Shown here: positions 11,589 to 22,102 of the stretch, piece after piece
How positions within the stretch are numbered: the stretch's first letter is position 1
How the letters are laid out: every line of letters starts with the position of its first letter
Source of the DNA: Macrostomum lignano
Taxonomy: Eukaryota
NCBI GenBank assembly: GCA_002269645.1
Contig: NIVC01000617.1
Coordinates: 434,001-498,000, forward strand
Direction of reading: 5' to 3'
DNA: 64,000 nt
Position numbers and translations under genes: made by a program
The notes under the pieces: generated by a model
Told to the model about the DNA's origin: nothing
Seen by the model: only the letters and a program-made list of their open reading frames with translations
The model's database searches: none

Positions 11589-12396
11589 ATGTATTGCCAA
11601 ACTGCTTCTCTAGCCCTTCTGCTGCTGCTGCTGCTGACCGCCAGTCCGCCAGCGGCTGGTATCACCGTCATAATTTTGGGATCCGAGAGCTCATCGACAC
11701 CTGCCAGCATGAAGCCTGTGGCTGGCAGAAGCATCCTGGACTATTCTTTGAAGTGTGCTCAAACAGACGGCTGCATCGGATTCTCTTGGCTGCAGAGTCT
11801 GTGCCAGCTGTTCAACTTGAGCGCCTTCGCTGGCACAGCTGGCTGAGCTCGCCGCCCTGCGAGGTCTTCAAGCTGATGGAGGAGCCGGCAGCTGCCACCA
11901 GTAAGGAACAAAACGTCACCTGCGCGTACTGCATGTTTTATTTTAGTCTGGTAAAACTTAATTGAAACTCACACAAAACTCTGGCTACTCATTTCCGCAG
12001 GTTCTTCTACGCCCACCAACATAAAAAAGTTGAAGATTTCCAGCTGCCAGCTCAGCAATACCTACCTGAGCTATTTTGCACTATCGCTATGGATGGCAAC
12101 AGGGATCAGACCCAGTACAGCGCCGCTGTCCCATAGGCATCAACGAATGGTGGGAGGCGCGACTGACCGCTCCAGCTTTCGTGGCCTACCTCACCATCTA
12201 CAACCGGCTCACGGCTCCTGAATGGCTCAAAAAGTTCAACCTGCTGGTTGATGGCGTTGAGTGTAACCGAGTGAACCTGACAGAGCCTTTCTCCATCGCC
12301 AACTTCACCTGCAACGCTTTCGGCAGCGCTGTTCGAGTTCTCTACCAGCAGAGCGATCTGCTTATTCTCAGCGAAGTTGAGATCTACGGCTACTGA
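11589..12396 (+). pseudogene. Secreted PAN/apple-like + F-type lectin (fucolectin) domain gene; frameshifted as assembled
   Basis: Signal peptide MYCQTASLALLLLLLLTA; PAN-like segment SLKCAQTDGCIGFSW...CQLF; GT-AG intron 11901-12000 (CA/GTAAGG ... TTTCCGCAG/G). F-type lectin motifs AMDGN, WWEARL, YLTIYNR, LKKFNLLVDGVEC and VRV...LSEVEIYG lie in successive frames. Needs three -1 shifts (about 11840, 12078, 12128), which could be assembly errors. Confidence 0.7.
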
Positions 12397-14416
12397 GACG
12401 TCAAGCTCGAGTCAAATGAATAACTGATCGTTTTTCTCTCAAAGCTGCAAAACCTAACTTGGTTGTGTGATCCTTCACAGTTTTAGTCCCCATGTTTTAG
12501 CCCTGGTTTTATCTTGGCATTTGAGCCACCCAAAATTCGGAGATGCAAATCTCGCCTAGGTGAGCGCGCTCTATAGCCTTGGTCCACCTGCTGTCTCCTC
12601 TGGTAGTCTCCCTGCTTTTTGTGTCTCGGCTCTCATCACTGACAGTAGTGGATTGGAGTCCTGGGGTTGATGTTCGTCCCGAATCGGGAAATACCGGAAA
12701 TATCGGCTGAGTCCGGGGTCTTCTTGCTCCTTGTGCCCCTCTCCAACCCCTTGGCCTGGCCCTTATATAGAGCTGGATATCGAAAACGCCTTGAGGCTTG
12801 CAGCCCTATAGGAGGTTCTACTTATGGCCGGCCTACCTGATAGGAGACTCGCCCATCGCAATAAGCTTCCAGACTCGCTCCAATATATAAAGCCTTTCCG
12901 TAGACTAGGATATTTCCTCTCTCGGACCGCTTAAGCTTACTCCAATATTGTTTAGAGCTGGGTAGCAAAAAAGCCTTGAGGCTTGCAGCCCTGCAGAATA
13001 AGAGGTTTTCCGTTTTCTGGTGGCCCATCTGGCAGGAGACTCGCCCTTGGTAAATATGCTGCCCAGACTCGCTCCAAAATTAAGCCTTCTCCGTAGACTT
13101 CGAGGTCTCCCCGCTCTCGGACCATTTTTTAAACTCCGAGCTTTTTTTGCGCGCACACTCGGGTTTTGTCGTTGGGGGTGTCCTGGGTCTTAGCACCGTC
13201 CCTGATTCCACTATGAGTTGGCGGTGTCTTAGTCCATAGGCTTGGGTTGGTAGCACCAATAAGGTTTTATCCTGGCCATGACGTCAGGTCCCAATCTGGC
13301 CTGCGCGGGCTATATGCCCCTGGTAGATACGCCCCTGCTTTCTAGCGGCAGAGCCCTTCCCTGGGCTGATCCGCGGGAGCCCCCTAGGCTACCTACCCTC
13401 GTTTAACAACAACAAGCTACTTTCAGTTCAGTAACTTAAGTTAAACAGAAGCATTTTAATATATTTTTAAAGACACGGGCAGGGCTCATTTATTGGCTTT
13501 TACCCCCGCTCCCCCCCCCAGCTTAAACCCTCAAACTTCTCACAGAACCTACCCCTGCCCCGCCACCCAATTTTTATTACCTTCCTCGGTTGTTCCAGCC
13601 TAAATCTGCCATGTACGGTACATTTCAGTGGCTAATGTACATGTACATTATTGCTGAACCAATTAGTAAGCTGTTTACGTCTGCAAGCTTGGGCTTCTAA
13701 ACTTATCAAAGTCATCTAGTAAGCCTGCCTTTATTCTTATAAAATAGCTTAAGTATTCTTCTTTGCTACTGAACTGAAAGTAAAAAGCTGGGAGCTGGGA
13801 GCGACTGGAAGAGCAATGGCATGGAGCCAGGAAATGTTTACACACGGCAACTTGATAAGGTTGTCAAGAGGCCGTACGCTATACTATTTTGTATATAGGT
13901 GCCAATCTGTCACAACTACTTGATGCAAACGAAGTCTCAACTCTCAAGTCGATCGGGTCGACCAGCACCGGCCGCAGACCCCTGAGCTCGAACACACACA
14001 GATCGCACACGAACACACAACCAGGACTTTTCTTATGCGCTTAGCCGCTTTGGGACACTTCAAGGGCCAAACTTATGAAAGTACATGTAACTGTGAACAG
14101 GGATGCTAAATCGTGTCGTATGCAGAGGGGGGCCAAAGGGGGGCCGCGCCCGCTTATCGAATTGAACTTTAAATACAAAACCAACGACACGGACCCAATG
14201 TTTGTCACCCACCGGCCTAAGCGAAGGCCACTACCATGAGTATACATACAGTATGTTTTTTATACTGCTGGTGGTCCTTGGCATTATGAAATTGTAGAGT
14301 AGACGGCGCCGCTCTTAGTTAGCTTCTCTATACATATGCACGATGTATACTAGGGTACTTTAACATGCATATGCATCTGCATGGTAATTAACCCTTCCGA
14401 GCAAGGAACTATATAC

Positions 14417-15315
14417 TGTTGTAACCCGGGTCGGCTTGGGTGCCCAGTCCCGAGTACAATATATATTATATGTGATATAACAGGCGTTGTGACGCTCTGT
14501 CTGTACTTTTATGAATACGACGAGCAGGCGTGGCGACGCTCTGCGATAATAATTCGATCCCTCTGGTGTTGTGACACTCAGAGTTCACGCTGCGGCTCGA
14601 GGTGTGGTGACACTCTCGAGTGCTTCTATTCTCTATACCGTAGGGCGTACGCAATATATATGGTAAACGGTACCGTACTACAGAAGCTATATGGTCTCCC
14701 GGCGTTATGACGCTCTAGCAAGAATTCGGCCTAGCAAGCTTCCCGGAAAGAAAGGACTCAAACAGCAGGCGGCTTACCAGTGGCCAGATGACTGTTCACC
14801 GTTTATTATTCGCAGGTCTCAAGCGCAGTTTCCGACTTCTTCTTAATTCTCCAAGACTCTTCTCAATTAGGCTATTGTGTTTCTTTTATCCAAGTAGCTA
14901 ATGTTGCTGTTTCTTTTATCGAAGTAGCTAATGTTGCTGTTTCTTTTATCAGGTCTCGCGCTTGCACTCTCGGAGCACACCAAAACACAAAAAGCACGCA
15001 GGTGGTGGGCAAGAGCCAGAGTCGCACCATAAATAGCACCCAAACCCTGGGGCAGACGGCCCCACCGGCTAAGCTCACCAAAACAAACCACGCCGGCCCA
15101 GCCAATCAAAACCCCGCCTAAGGGGGGAGGGGCTGCACCCGCGCCAAAGCTGGCCCGGCCGCAGCCAACCAGCCCTGAGCACGGGGCAGGGGCACGGCTG
15201 GGGAGGGGCACGCGCAAAGCCCGGCCGGGGCCAGACCCTGCCACACCCGCCAACCCCCCCAACCAGCCCCAAATTGCAACGCGCCCTGCCAACTGACAAG
15301 GGCGCATGCACTACA
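14417..15315 (-). repeat. 3' LTR of Gypsy element 2
   Basis: Matches 23229-24127. Candidate AATAAA on minus at 14807-14802. Confidence 0.97.
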
Positions 15316-15327
15316 CCCTCCCCTCCT
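15316..15327 (-). promoter_or_regulatory. Polypurine tract
   Basis: AGGAGGGGAGGG directly abuts the TG of the 3' LTR. Confidence 0.9.
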
Positions 15328-15584
15328 ACAAAAAAAACAGGGCGGAGCTCGAACCACGGCGACTGGGATTCCAAATTTTTTAAATAACAAAGCAAAAAAA
15401 ATCAAAAACAAAAAAAAAAACTGGAAACAAACTAATGCAAAGGGGAAAAAGAAAAATGGTTGCCGCAAAAGAAATATGAAAAAAAATACTGGTTTTCTGC
15501 ACGCAAGTTCGTCAGAGCAACCACGGGGCACGGAATAGGCTTTACATCAAAGCTGGCGCCACAGAAAACCATCGCAGGTGGCCG

Positions 15585-15860
15585 GCAGGACGCGCAGATG
15601 GCCGGCAGGAAGTGCAGATGGCCGGCAGGGCACGCAGGTGGCCGGGCGGGACGCGCAAGTGGCCGGCAGGACACGCAGGTGGCCGGCAGGAAGTGCAGAT
15701 GGCCGGCAGGGCACGCAGGTGGCCGGGCGGGACGCGCAGGTGGCCGGCAGGACGCGCAAGTGGCCGGCAGGGCACGCAGGTGGCCGGCAAGACGCGAAGG
15801 CGGCCGGGCGGGACGCGCAGGTGGCCGGCAGGACGCGCAAGTGGCCGCCGCAGAAGCCGG
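15585..15860. repeat. GC-rich 19-21-bp tandem repeat (GGCCGGCAGGACGCGCAGGT variants) 3' of the J-domain ORF
   Basis: About 13 units with an approximately 60-bp higher-order period. Confidence 0.85.
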
Positions 15861-16007
15861 CAGGAAGCGCACTGGCGCCGCACAGCTGCTGAGCCATTCC
15901 CCCAGGAAGCTTGACCCCACTAGCATGCAAATAAACCCATACAGTACGAGCGTAACAACATACGTACAATTAAGCAGAAAATACGGTATGAATCGGAACT
16001 GGGCACC

Positions 16008-16955
16008 CTAGCGAACCCGAAGTCCAGGGAGACCGACGCAGCTTTTCAGGACCTCGAGCAGCCTGCCGGGCCGGCGCAAACCGAACAGCGGGATGAGCTC
16101 GTGACAGAGCTGTCGGACGAAACAATCAAAACTCTGCCTAGACCAGTAACGGCGGCCTGCTCTCTGACGCTTTACCGGAGCGATATCTCTGCGGATGAAG
16201 AACAACGCCTGCAGCAGGACCATTGACAGTGCGCTCCTCGGTTCTCGCTGCGAGTCTCGAAACAGCCGTCTCATAGCCGTGAGCACTGACACGATTCCGT
16301 CCGACTGTCCAGCCAAAATATGCTTCATCAAACGATGGCGGAGCTGACGCGCAGCTGCCGATAACGACAGCTTTTCATCATCCCATATTGCTCCCGACGC
16401 GCGATGTGAGACAACCTCCTTGCTTTCCGGTACATCGATCTCCATAGCTTCTGACTCACTACTTCCGGAGGAGCCATCCGATGCCAGCAACTCGTCTTCT
16501 TCTTCTGTGTCGATGCTACACTCATCCGACTCCTCGCTCTCATCGTCGTCCGAGATTAGAATGTAGCCATCCGCTTCGTAATCGTTCCTCTGTCCCTGTC
16601 TCCCCTGCCTGAGACCAGCTTCCTTGCGCTGAGCTTCTTCAACTTCTCGCCTTTGCTGTACTCCCTCTTCGATGTCCGCCGGCATTCTTACACCAGTAGG
16701 AGGTATGAACGTCATTGCGAAGGTTACAGCCTCGTCATACGGGATTGATTTATCGCCCAACTGGTCGTACATCGCTCGGCGATATGGACACGATAGAATT
16801 CTACCAGCAGTCTCAATTTCTTGGAAACGGCGTCCTGCGAGTTCCTTGTCCGGGTGCTTGTCCGGGTGCCAGAAGAGCGCTAGCTGTCGATAGACTCGCC
16901 TGATCTCGGCACGTTCGGCTGTGTGTCCGACTTGGAGGACAGCGTACAAATCCAT
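16008..16955 (-). CDS. J-domain (DnaJ/Hsp40-type) accessory protein, 315 aa from the ATG of MDLY
   Basis: DLYAVLQV...IRRVYRQLALFWHPDKHPDKELAGRRFQEIETAGRILS...RRAMYDQLG is a complete J-domain with intact HPD. It is followed by an acidic Ser-rich linker and a basic helical C-terminal region. Lies between integrase and the PPT, same strand as pol. Confidence 0.9.
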   Translation of the reverse strand: MDLYAVLQVGHTAERAEIRRVYRQLALFWHPDKHPDKELAGRRFQEIETAGRILSCPYRRAMYDQLGDKSIPYDEAVTFAMTFIPPTGVRMPADIEEGVQQRREVEEAQRKEAGLRQGRQGQRNDYEADGYILISDDDESEESDECSIDTEEEDELLASDGSSGSSESEAMEIDVPESKEVVSHRASGAIWDDEKLSLSAAARQLRHRLMKHILAGQSDGIVSVLTAMRRLFRDSQREPRSALSMVLLQALFFIRRDIAPVKRQRAGRRYWSRQSFDCFVRQLCHELIPLFGLRRPGRLLEVLKSCVGLPGLRVR

Positions 16956-17369
16956 CTGCAAAGCAACGTACTCAAACCTGCGACACACTGTCCCTGACTC
17001 CAGATTTTACTCCTGCTCCCCTCTTGCCAGAGCGTCATCTCCTCGGACCGTGGCCCTGCATCGTAAAGTCCCAGCGCAAATTCGAGTTTTCACCGGATGC
17101 CAGTCCGAATACCCTCCACCGATGCATAGATTTTGTAGGCAAAATTTGATTCTCGTCAAAACTTCGATGAAGATGCGATTAAAATGACTTAATGACGCAT
17201 TAACGAATTTCTTGAATGACGCATTGGCGAACTGCTCGTACTCATGATGAATGATGCATTGATGAAGTACTCGTATTTATGATGAATGACGCATTCGCGA
17301 AATATTTTTCTGGCTTTTAACGATAATCGCATATGAAACTGATGAGACTTCACGATGACGAGTAACCCA

Positions 17370-20300
17370 TTAGAATGTCACTGGCTGGCCGTAGCGATCC
17401 GGCGGCCGTCGCAACCTTCCGGACCTTCGAGGCTCAGGTGCAGCTTCCACCGGGTTATGAGTAGGCTGCGGGTCGTCAACCAACTCCATCTGCTCTTCCA
17501 GCACCTCGGCGACTTCCTCGGCGTCCTGTGGCGGCATCAGTTGAGGCCGAGTCCAAGTCTCGCATTCCGCCTCTGTCTCCGAGTCCGTCTCGTCGACCAC
17601 CTCCGGCGGTGCCGCGGTCCTAACTGGTGTTTCCAGGGCGGCCGGTCGAGCGAACTTCCGGAGGTTGTTGAAGTGGACGAACTTCGACTTTTTACGATTT
17701 GACGGGTTTTCCACTTTGAAGAGCACCTCGGATCTTCTTTCGAGCACCTTCACTGGGCCGAGCCAGCTTACGTGAAACTTTGCGGCTTCGTCTGGTTTCA
17801 GGGCGGGGCTGTAGACGAAGACATGGTCACCCTCCTGAATATCGGATCCTCGGGTTCTTTTATCGTACTGGTCCTTCTGTCGCCGCTGATAAGTATTCAA
17901 CTGCTGTCGAGCAGCGCGATGAGCTGTCTGCAATTTGTCTTCTAGCTCCTTGACGAAATTTACATGCGAATCGACAGGCTGTGGCGGCTGGTCAGTCAAG
18001 TCTATCGGTAGGCGCATCTCCGTGCCATAGACCATGTAGTGGGGAGTATAACCCGTTGCTCGATGCACGCTTGATCGGTACGCCATTAACGCAGAGCTGA
18101 CGAATTCTTCCCAGTCGTTTCGTCCTGAGTCCTCTAGGCAGCACTTGAGGATGGATTTTAAACTTTTATTGAAGTTTTCTACTTGTCCATTTCCGCTCGG
18201 ATGATAAGCTGTGGTTCTGGACTTGCGGATCTCGAGTATCCTGCACATTTCGCGCATCACTTGCGATTCGAAGTTCCTTCCTTGGTCACTGTGCAAAGTA
18301 CTCGGACATCCATGCTGGCTAATCCATCGATTGAAAAGCGCCCTTGCCACCGTCCTTGCCTTCTGGTTGCGAAGCGGGTACGCGTCAGGCCACTTCGTAA
18401 ACGAATCTTGGACTGTCAGGAGATAAATGTTTCCAGCCTTACTCCGCGGTAGCGGCCCGACAATGTCCATCATGACGCAATCGAATGGTGCTGCGAATGT
18501 CAACGGTTGCAGGGGTGCTCGGTTTCGCTTGCCCGGCTTTGACTTGCAGCAGGTGGCACAACCGCGAATATATTCTTCAATGGCACGAGACAATCCTGGA
18601 CGCCAGTAGCGCTGAAGCACTTTAAATTTTGTCTTCGCAAAGCCCATGTGGCCACCTCCCACTCCCTCGTGTAGGGTTTTCAAGATACGATCCAATGCCT
18701 TTCGTGGCAGCACCATTTGATACTCATCGCGCCTGTCTTTGTTTCTCACAAGGAGCACTTTCTCTTGCAGCACCAGGTCGTCTTTTCGAGTCCAGACGGC
18801 TCTAGCCAGTGGACTCCAAGCTGTCTCGCTTTTATCTGGACTGGGTTTGAGCCAAGCGCTTCCTTTACTGTTCTCAAATCGTCGTCTTGATCCTGCTCGC
18901 TTGCCAGATTGCCGGCTGAGAATCGTTCAAATTCGACTGCATTTAGTCCTTCTGGATGCTGCGCACATGCCGGGCATGTCTCCGCTCCGAAATGTCTCCG
19001 TACTGGCTTCCTCGACATTGCGTCCGCGTTGCCATGCGATCGACCTGGTCTGTGAACGATGCGGTACTGAAATGGAGCCAACTTCTCCAACCAGCGAGCA
19101 ACCTGTCCCTCGGCGTCACTGAAGTTTTTTAACCATTGCAGGCTGCTGTGGTCCGTTCGCAGACAGAACGCTTTTCCAGCAGATAGTATCTGAACTTCAT
19201 GATGAAAGTCACAACCGCTAGTAGTTCTAAACGAGTCGTACAATAGTTGCGTTCGGCTTGATTTAGTGTCTTGGACCCATAGGCGATCACTCGTTCTGCT
19301 CCATCTGGCTGGACTTGAGAAAGTACCGCTCCTATGCCCATCTTCGAACTGCCATCAGTATCGAGGATAAACTCTCCGGCATCCGGGGAGAAATCCGGAT
19401 GAGCCATAACCTCTGAACTTGTCATTCGTTCCTTCAATGTTTCGAACGCCAGCTGCTGTTCCGTTTTCCATTCAAACTTTGCGTCTTTTGTTGTCAACCG
19501 AGTTAGAGGCGCTGCTATTGCGGCGAAATCTTTAATAAACTTTCTGTAATAGCCACACAGGCCCAAGAATGAATGCAGCTCCGTCGAGGATCGCGGTGTT
19601 GGCCAGTTCTTCACTTCTTGAACTTTCTCCTCATCGGTACTGATGCCAGCAGCCGACAGCGTGTGACCGAGAAATTTCACTTGCTTTTGCAAAAAGTGAC
19701 ACTTCTGGGGCTTCAGGCACAAATTTGCTTGCCGCAACTTGCTGAATATTTCCTCCAGTCTTCTCAGGTGTTCATCCACGTCGGTTGACCAAACCAGTAG
19801 ATCGTCGATGTAGACGAGACAGGTTTTCCACATCTGCTTGTCCAAAACGGCTGCCATCAACCTGGTGAATGTTGCTGGGCTGTTCACTAAGCCGAACGGC
19901 ATAACCTTCCATCGAAATTGTCCGCGATGCGGCACTGCAAACGCCGTCTTGTCCTGATCCTGAGGTCTCACCCCTACTTGCCAAAACCCGCTGTGAAGGT
20001 CCATAGTCGAGAAGATCTTGGCGCCGTGTACTGCCTCCAGCGCATCATCGACCCTCGGCATCGGCACTGCATCCTTGACGGTGACCTCATTCAACTTCCG
20101 ATAATCGACGCACATCCTCATTTCCCCTGATTTCTTCTTTACGCACACCAAAGGAAAGCACCATGGTGACTGTGCTTCTTCGATCTGCCCCTTTTCCAGC
20201 AACTCGTTGACTTGACGATCTACTTCTGGCTGTAAGTGGGGAGGCAGACGACGCGGTGGGATCTTGATTGGGCGCGCATTCTCGGTGTTAATTTCATGCT

Positions 20301-22100
20301 CCACCACGGTAGTTAACTTGCTTGAAGTCTGCTTGGTCGTGAACACATCGCCGTAACTCCGGACAAGGATTCTAAATTCTTCGTCTTCTTTCGTCGACAG
20401 TCCACAGTCGCCGTACGAGTTTGGTAGCAAGTCTGCTTCCGAAGGGCTGTCGCTGCCTTGGAACTTCGGCTCTTCCTGTGGATCGTCTCCTGACTCTACG
20501 GCTAAGAGCTTGATGGTGTTCAACGGTTCGGTGGATTCTAGGGGCAGAACCACCCGAGCGTACAACCTTGGCGAATTCTGACTGGCTCCTCCGTGATATT
20601 GATGAGTCGAGTCGGCAGACGGCTGCCGCTATTTGGGATCACTAAGGCCTTAGCAAGCCAGCGGCCAGCTGCCAAATCGTTCGCCCCGAGATTCTCAGTT
20701 AGACCGACACACCCTCTGTTCCGTCGTCCTTTGCTCTCCAGCCTTGCTGACAGAACTGCTTGATGACCTGGCGGTATTGTGCTGGACCTTGTCGCCAAAA
20801 TTCTGCAAACGATCGGGCGCTCAGCTTGCCATCGGAACGGGATTGCAGTGTCCTGCACTGAAAAGACAGCTGTCTTGTAGTCGATGACGCAACTGTTGTC
20901 CCTGCAGAAGTCGGATCCCAATACCAGTTGGTACTTCACTCCGCTGACTACCAAGGCTGGAGTATCTATTACTTTATCAGCGATTGACAGTCGCAACAGG
21001 ACTGTCCTCTCGATTTCGATCGGGCTGCCGTTTGCTAAGCTAACGTAGCCTTCAGCACCGGCCAAATCTCTGACGCTCTGTTTCGGCATACTTTGGTAAG
21101 CTTCCCGTGAGATAATGGTGCAGGAAGCTCCCGAGTCCTCTAGCGCGTTCACCCTCCGCCCTGCGATTGAGGCCGTAACATATATCGACGCAGGATTGAT
21201 TTGAATTGACTGAGGTGCGTTGACGGTGATTGGGCGCTGCGACTGTGCAAAACCGGCTAGTTGATGGTGAGGTGCAGTACCGGACGCTGGGGCTGATGAG
21301 GCACTGTACCGGACACTGGATGCTGATGAGACGCAGTACCGGACACTGGAGGCTGATGAGACGCAGTACCGGACACTAGAGGCTGATGAGACGCAGTACC
21401 GGACACTGGATGCTGATGAGGCGCAGTACCGGACACTGGATGCTGATGAGACGCAGTACCGGACACTAGAGGCTGATGAGACGCAGTACCGGACACTGGA
21501 TGCTGATGAGGCGCAGTACCGGACACTGGATGCTGATGAGACGCAGTACCGGACACTGGATGCTGATGAGACGCAGTACCGGACACTGGATGCTGATGAG
21601 ATACTGTACCGGACACTGGAGGCTGATGAGACGCAGTACCGGACACTGGAGGCTGATGAGACGCTGTACCGGACACTGGATGCTGATGAGGCGCAGTACC
21701 GGACACTGGATGCTGATGAGCCGCAGTACCGGACACTGGATGCTGATGAGGTACTGTACCGGACACTGGAGGCTGATGAGGCGCAGTACCGGACACTGGA
21801 TGCTGATGAGGTACTGTACCGGACACTGGAGGCTGACGAGACGCAGTACCGGACACTGGAGGCTGATGAAGCGCGGTACCGGACACTGGATGCTGATGAG
21901 GCGCAGTACCGGACGCTGGAGGCTGATGAGGCGCAGTACCGGACACTGGATTCTGATGAGGCGCAGTACCGGACACTGGAGGCTGATGAGATGCGGTACC
22001 GGGCGTTTGATGATGATGAGATGAGATGACGGCTTGTTCGGAGGCTGACGAATTGCAGGGGCTCACTTGCCTCCAGCTGGTGGGCCCCTCTTGCCTTTTC
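17370..22100 (-). CDS. pol: Pol polyprotein (PR-RT-RNase H-IN), split by four apparent single-base deletions
   Basis: Protease ALEDSGAS; RT LHSGFWQV, PFGLVNSPATF, YIDD; RNase H DTDGS, ELLAV, TDH; integrase HHCC, MMDIVG/HSDQG/VENFN (DDE) and WLGPVKV (GPY/F). Frame breaks at about 21290, 20550, 19176 and 18816. Confidence 0.93.
21285..22015 (-). repeat. Coding tandem repeat, about 24 x 30 bp (HQPPVSGTAP-like), in the pol transframe region
   Basis: Unit CTCATCAGCCTCCAGTGTCCGGTACTGCGC, open in the -1 frame. The last unit is 29 bp. Confidence 0.9.
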
Positions 22101-22102
22101 CC
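22057..22102 (-). promoter_or_regulatory. Predicted -1 programmed ribosomal frameshift signal (gag to pol)
   Basis: Slippery heptamer G_GGA_AAA (22102-22096) in gag phase, a 6-nt spacer, then an AGGGGC...GCCCCT stem. The -1 frame is the long open frame leading towards the protease. Confidence 0.7.

Noticed and set aside
12905-13156. Polinton/adintovirus core-protein motif (GASLGSIF)
   Set aside because: Only a short resemblance, with no polB, ATPase, capsid or integrase nearby.
16008-16988. Env gene, or a polyomavirus T-antigen-like LxCxE Rb-binding motif after the J-domain
   Set aside because: No signal peptide, TM helix or furin/fusion motif. No LxCxE is present (DECS and QLCHE do not fit). 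The track's GTG start at 16988 is less likely than the ATG at 16955.
17370-17700. Chromodomain at the integrase C-terminus
   Set aside because: After GPY/F the tail is acidic and low-complexity and ends RRSGRLRRPPDRYG, with no chromodomain aromatic pattern.
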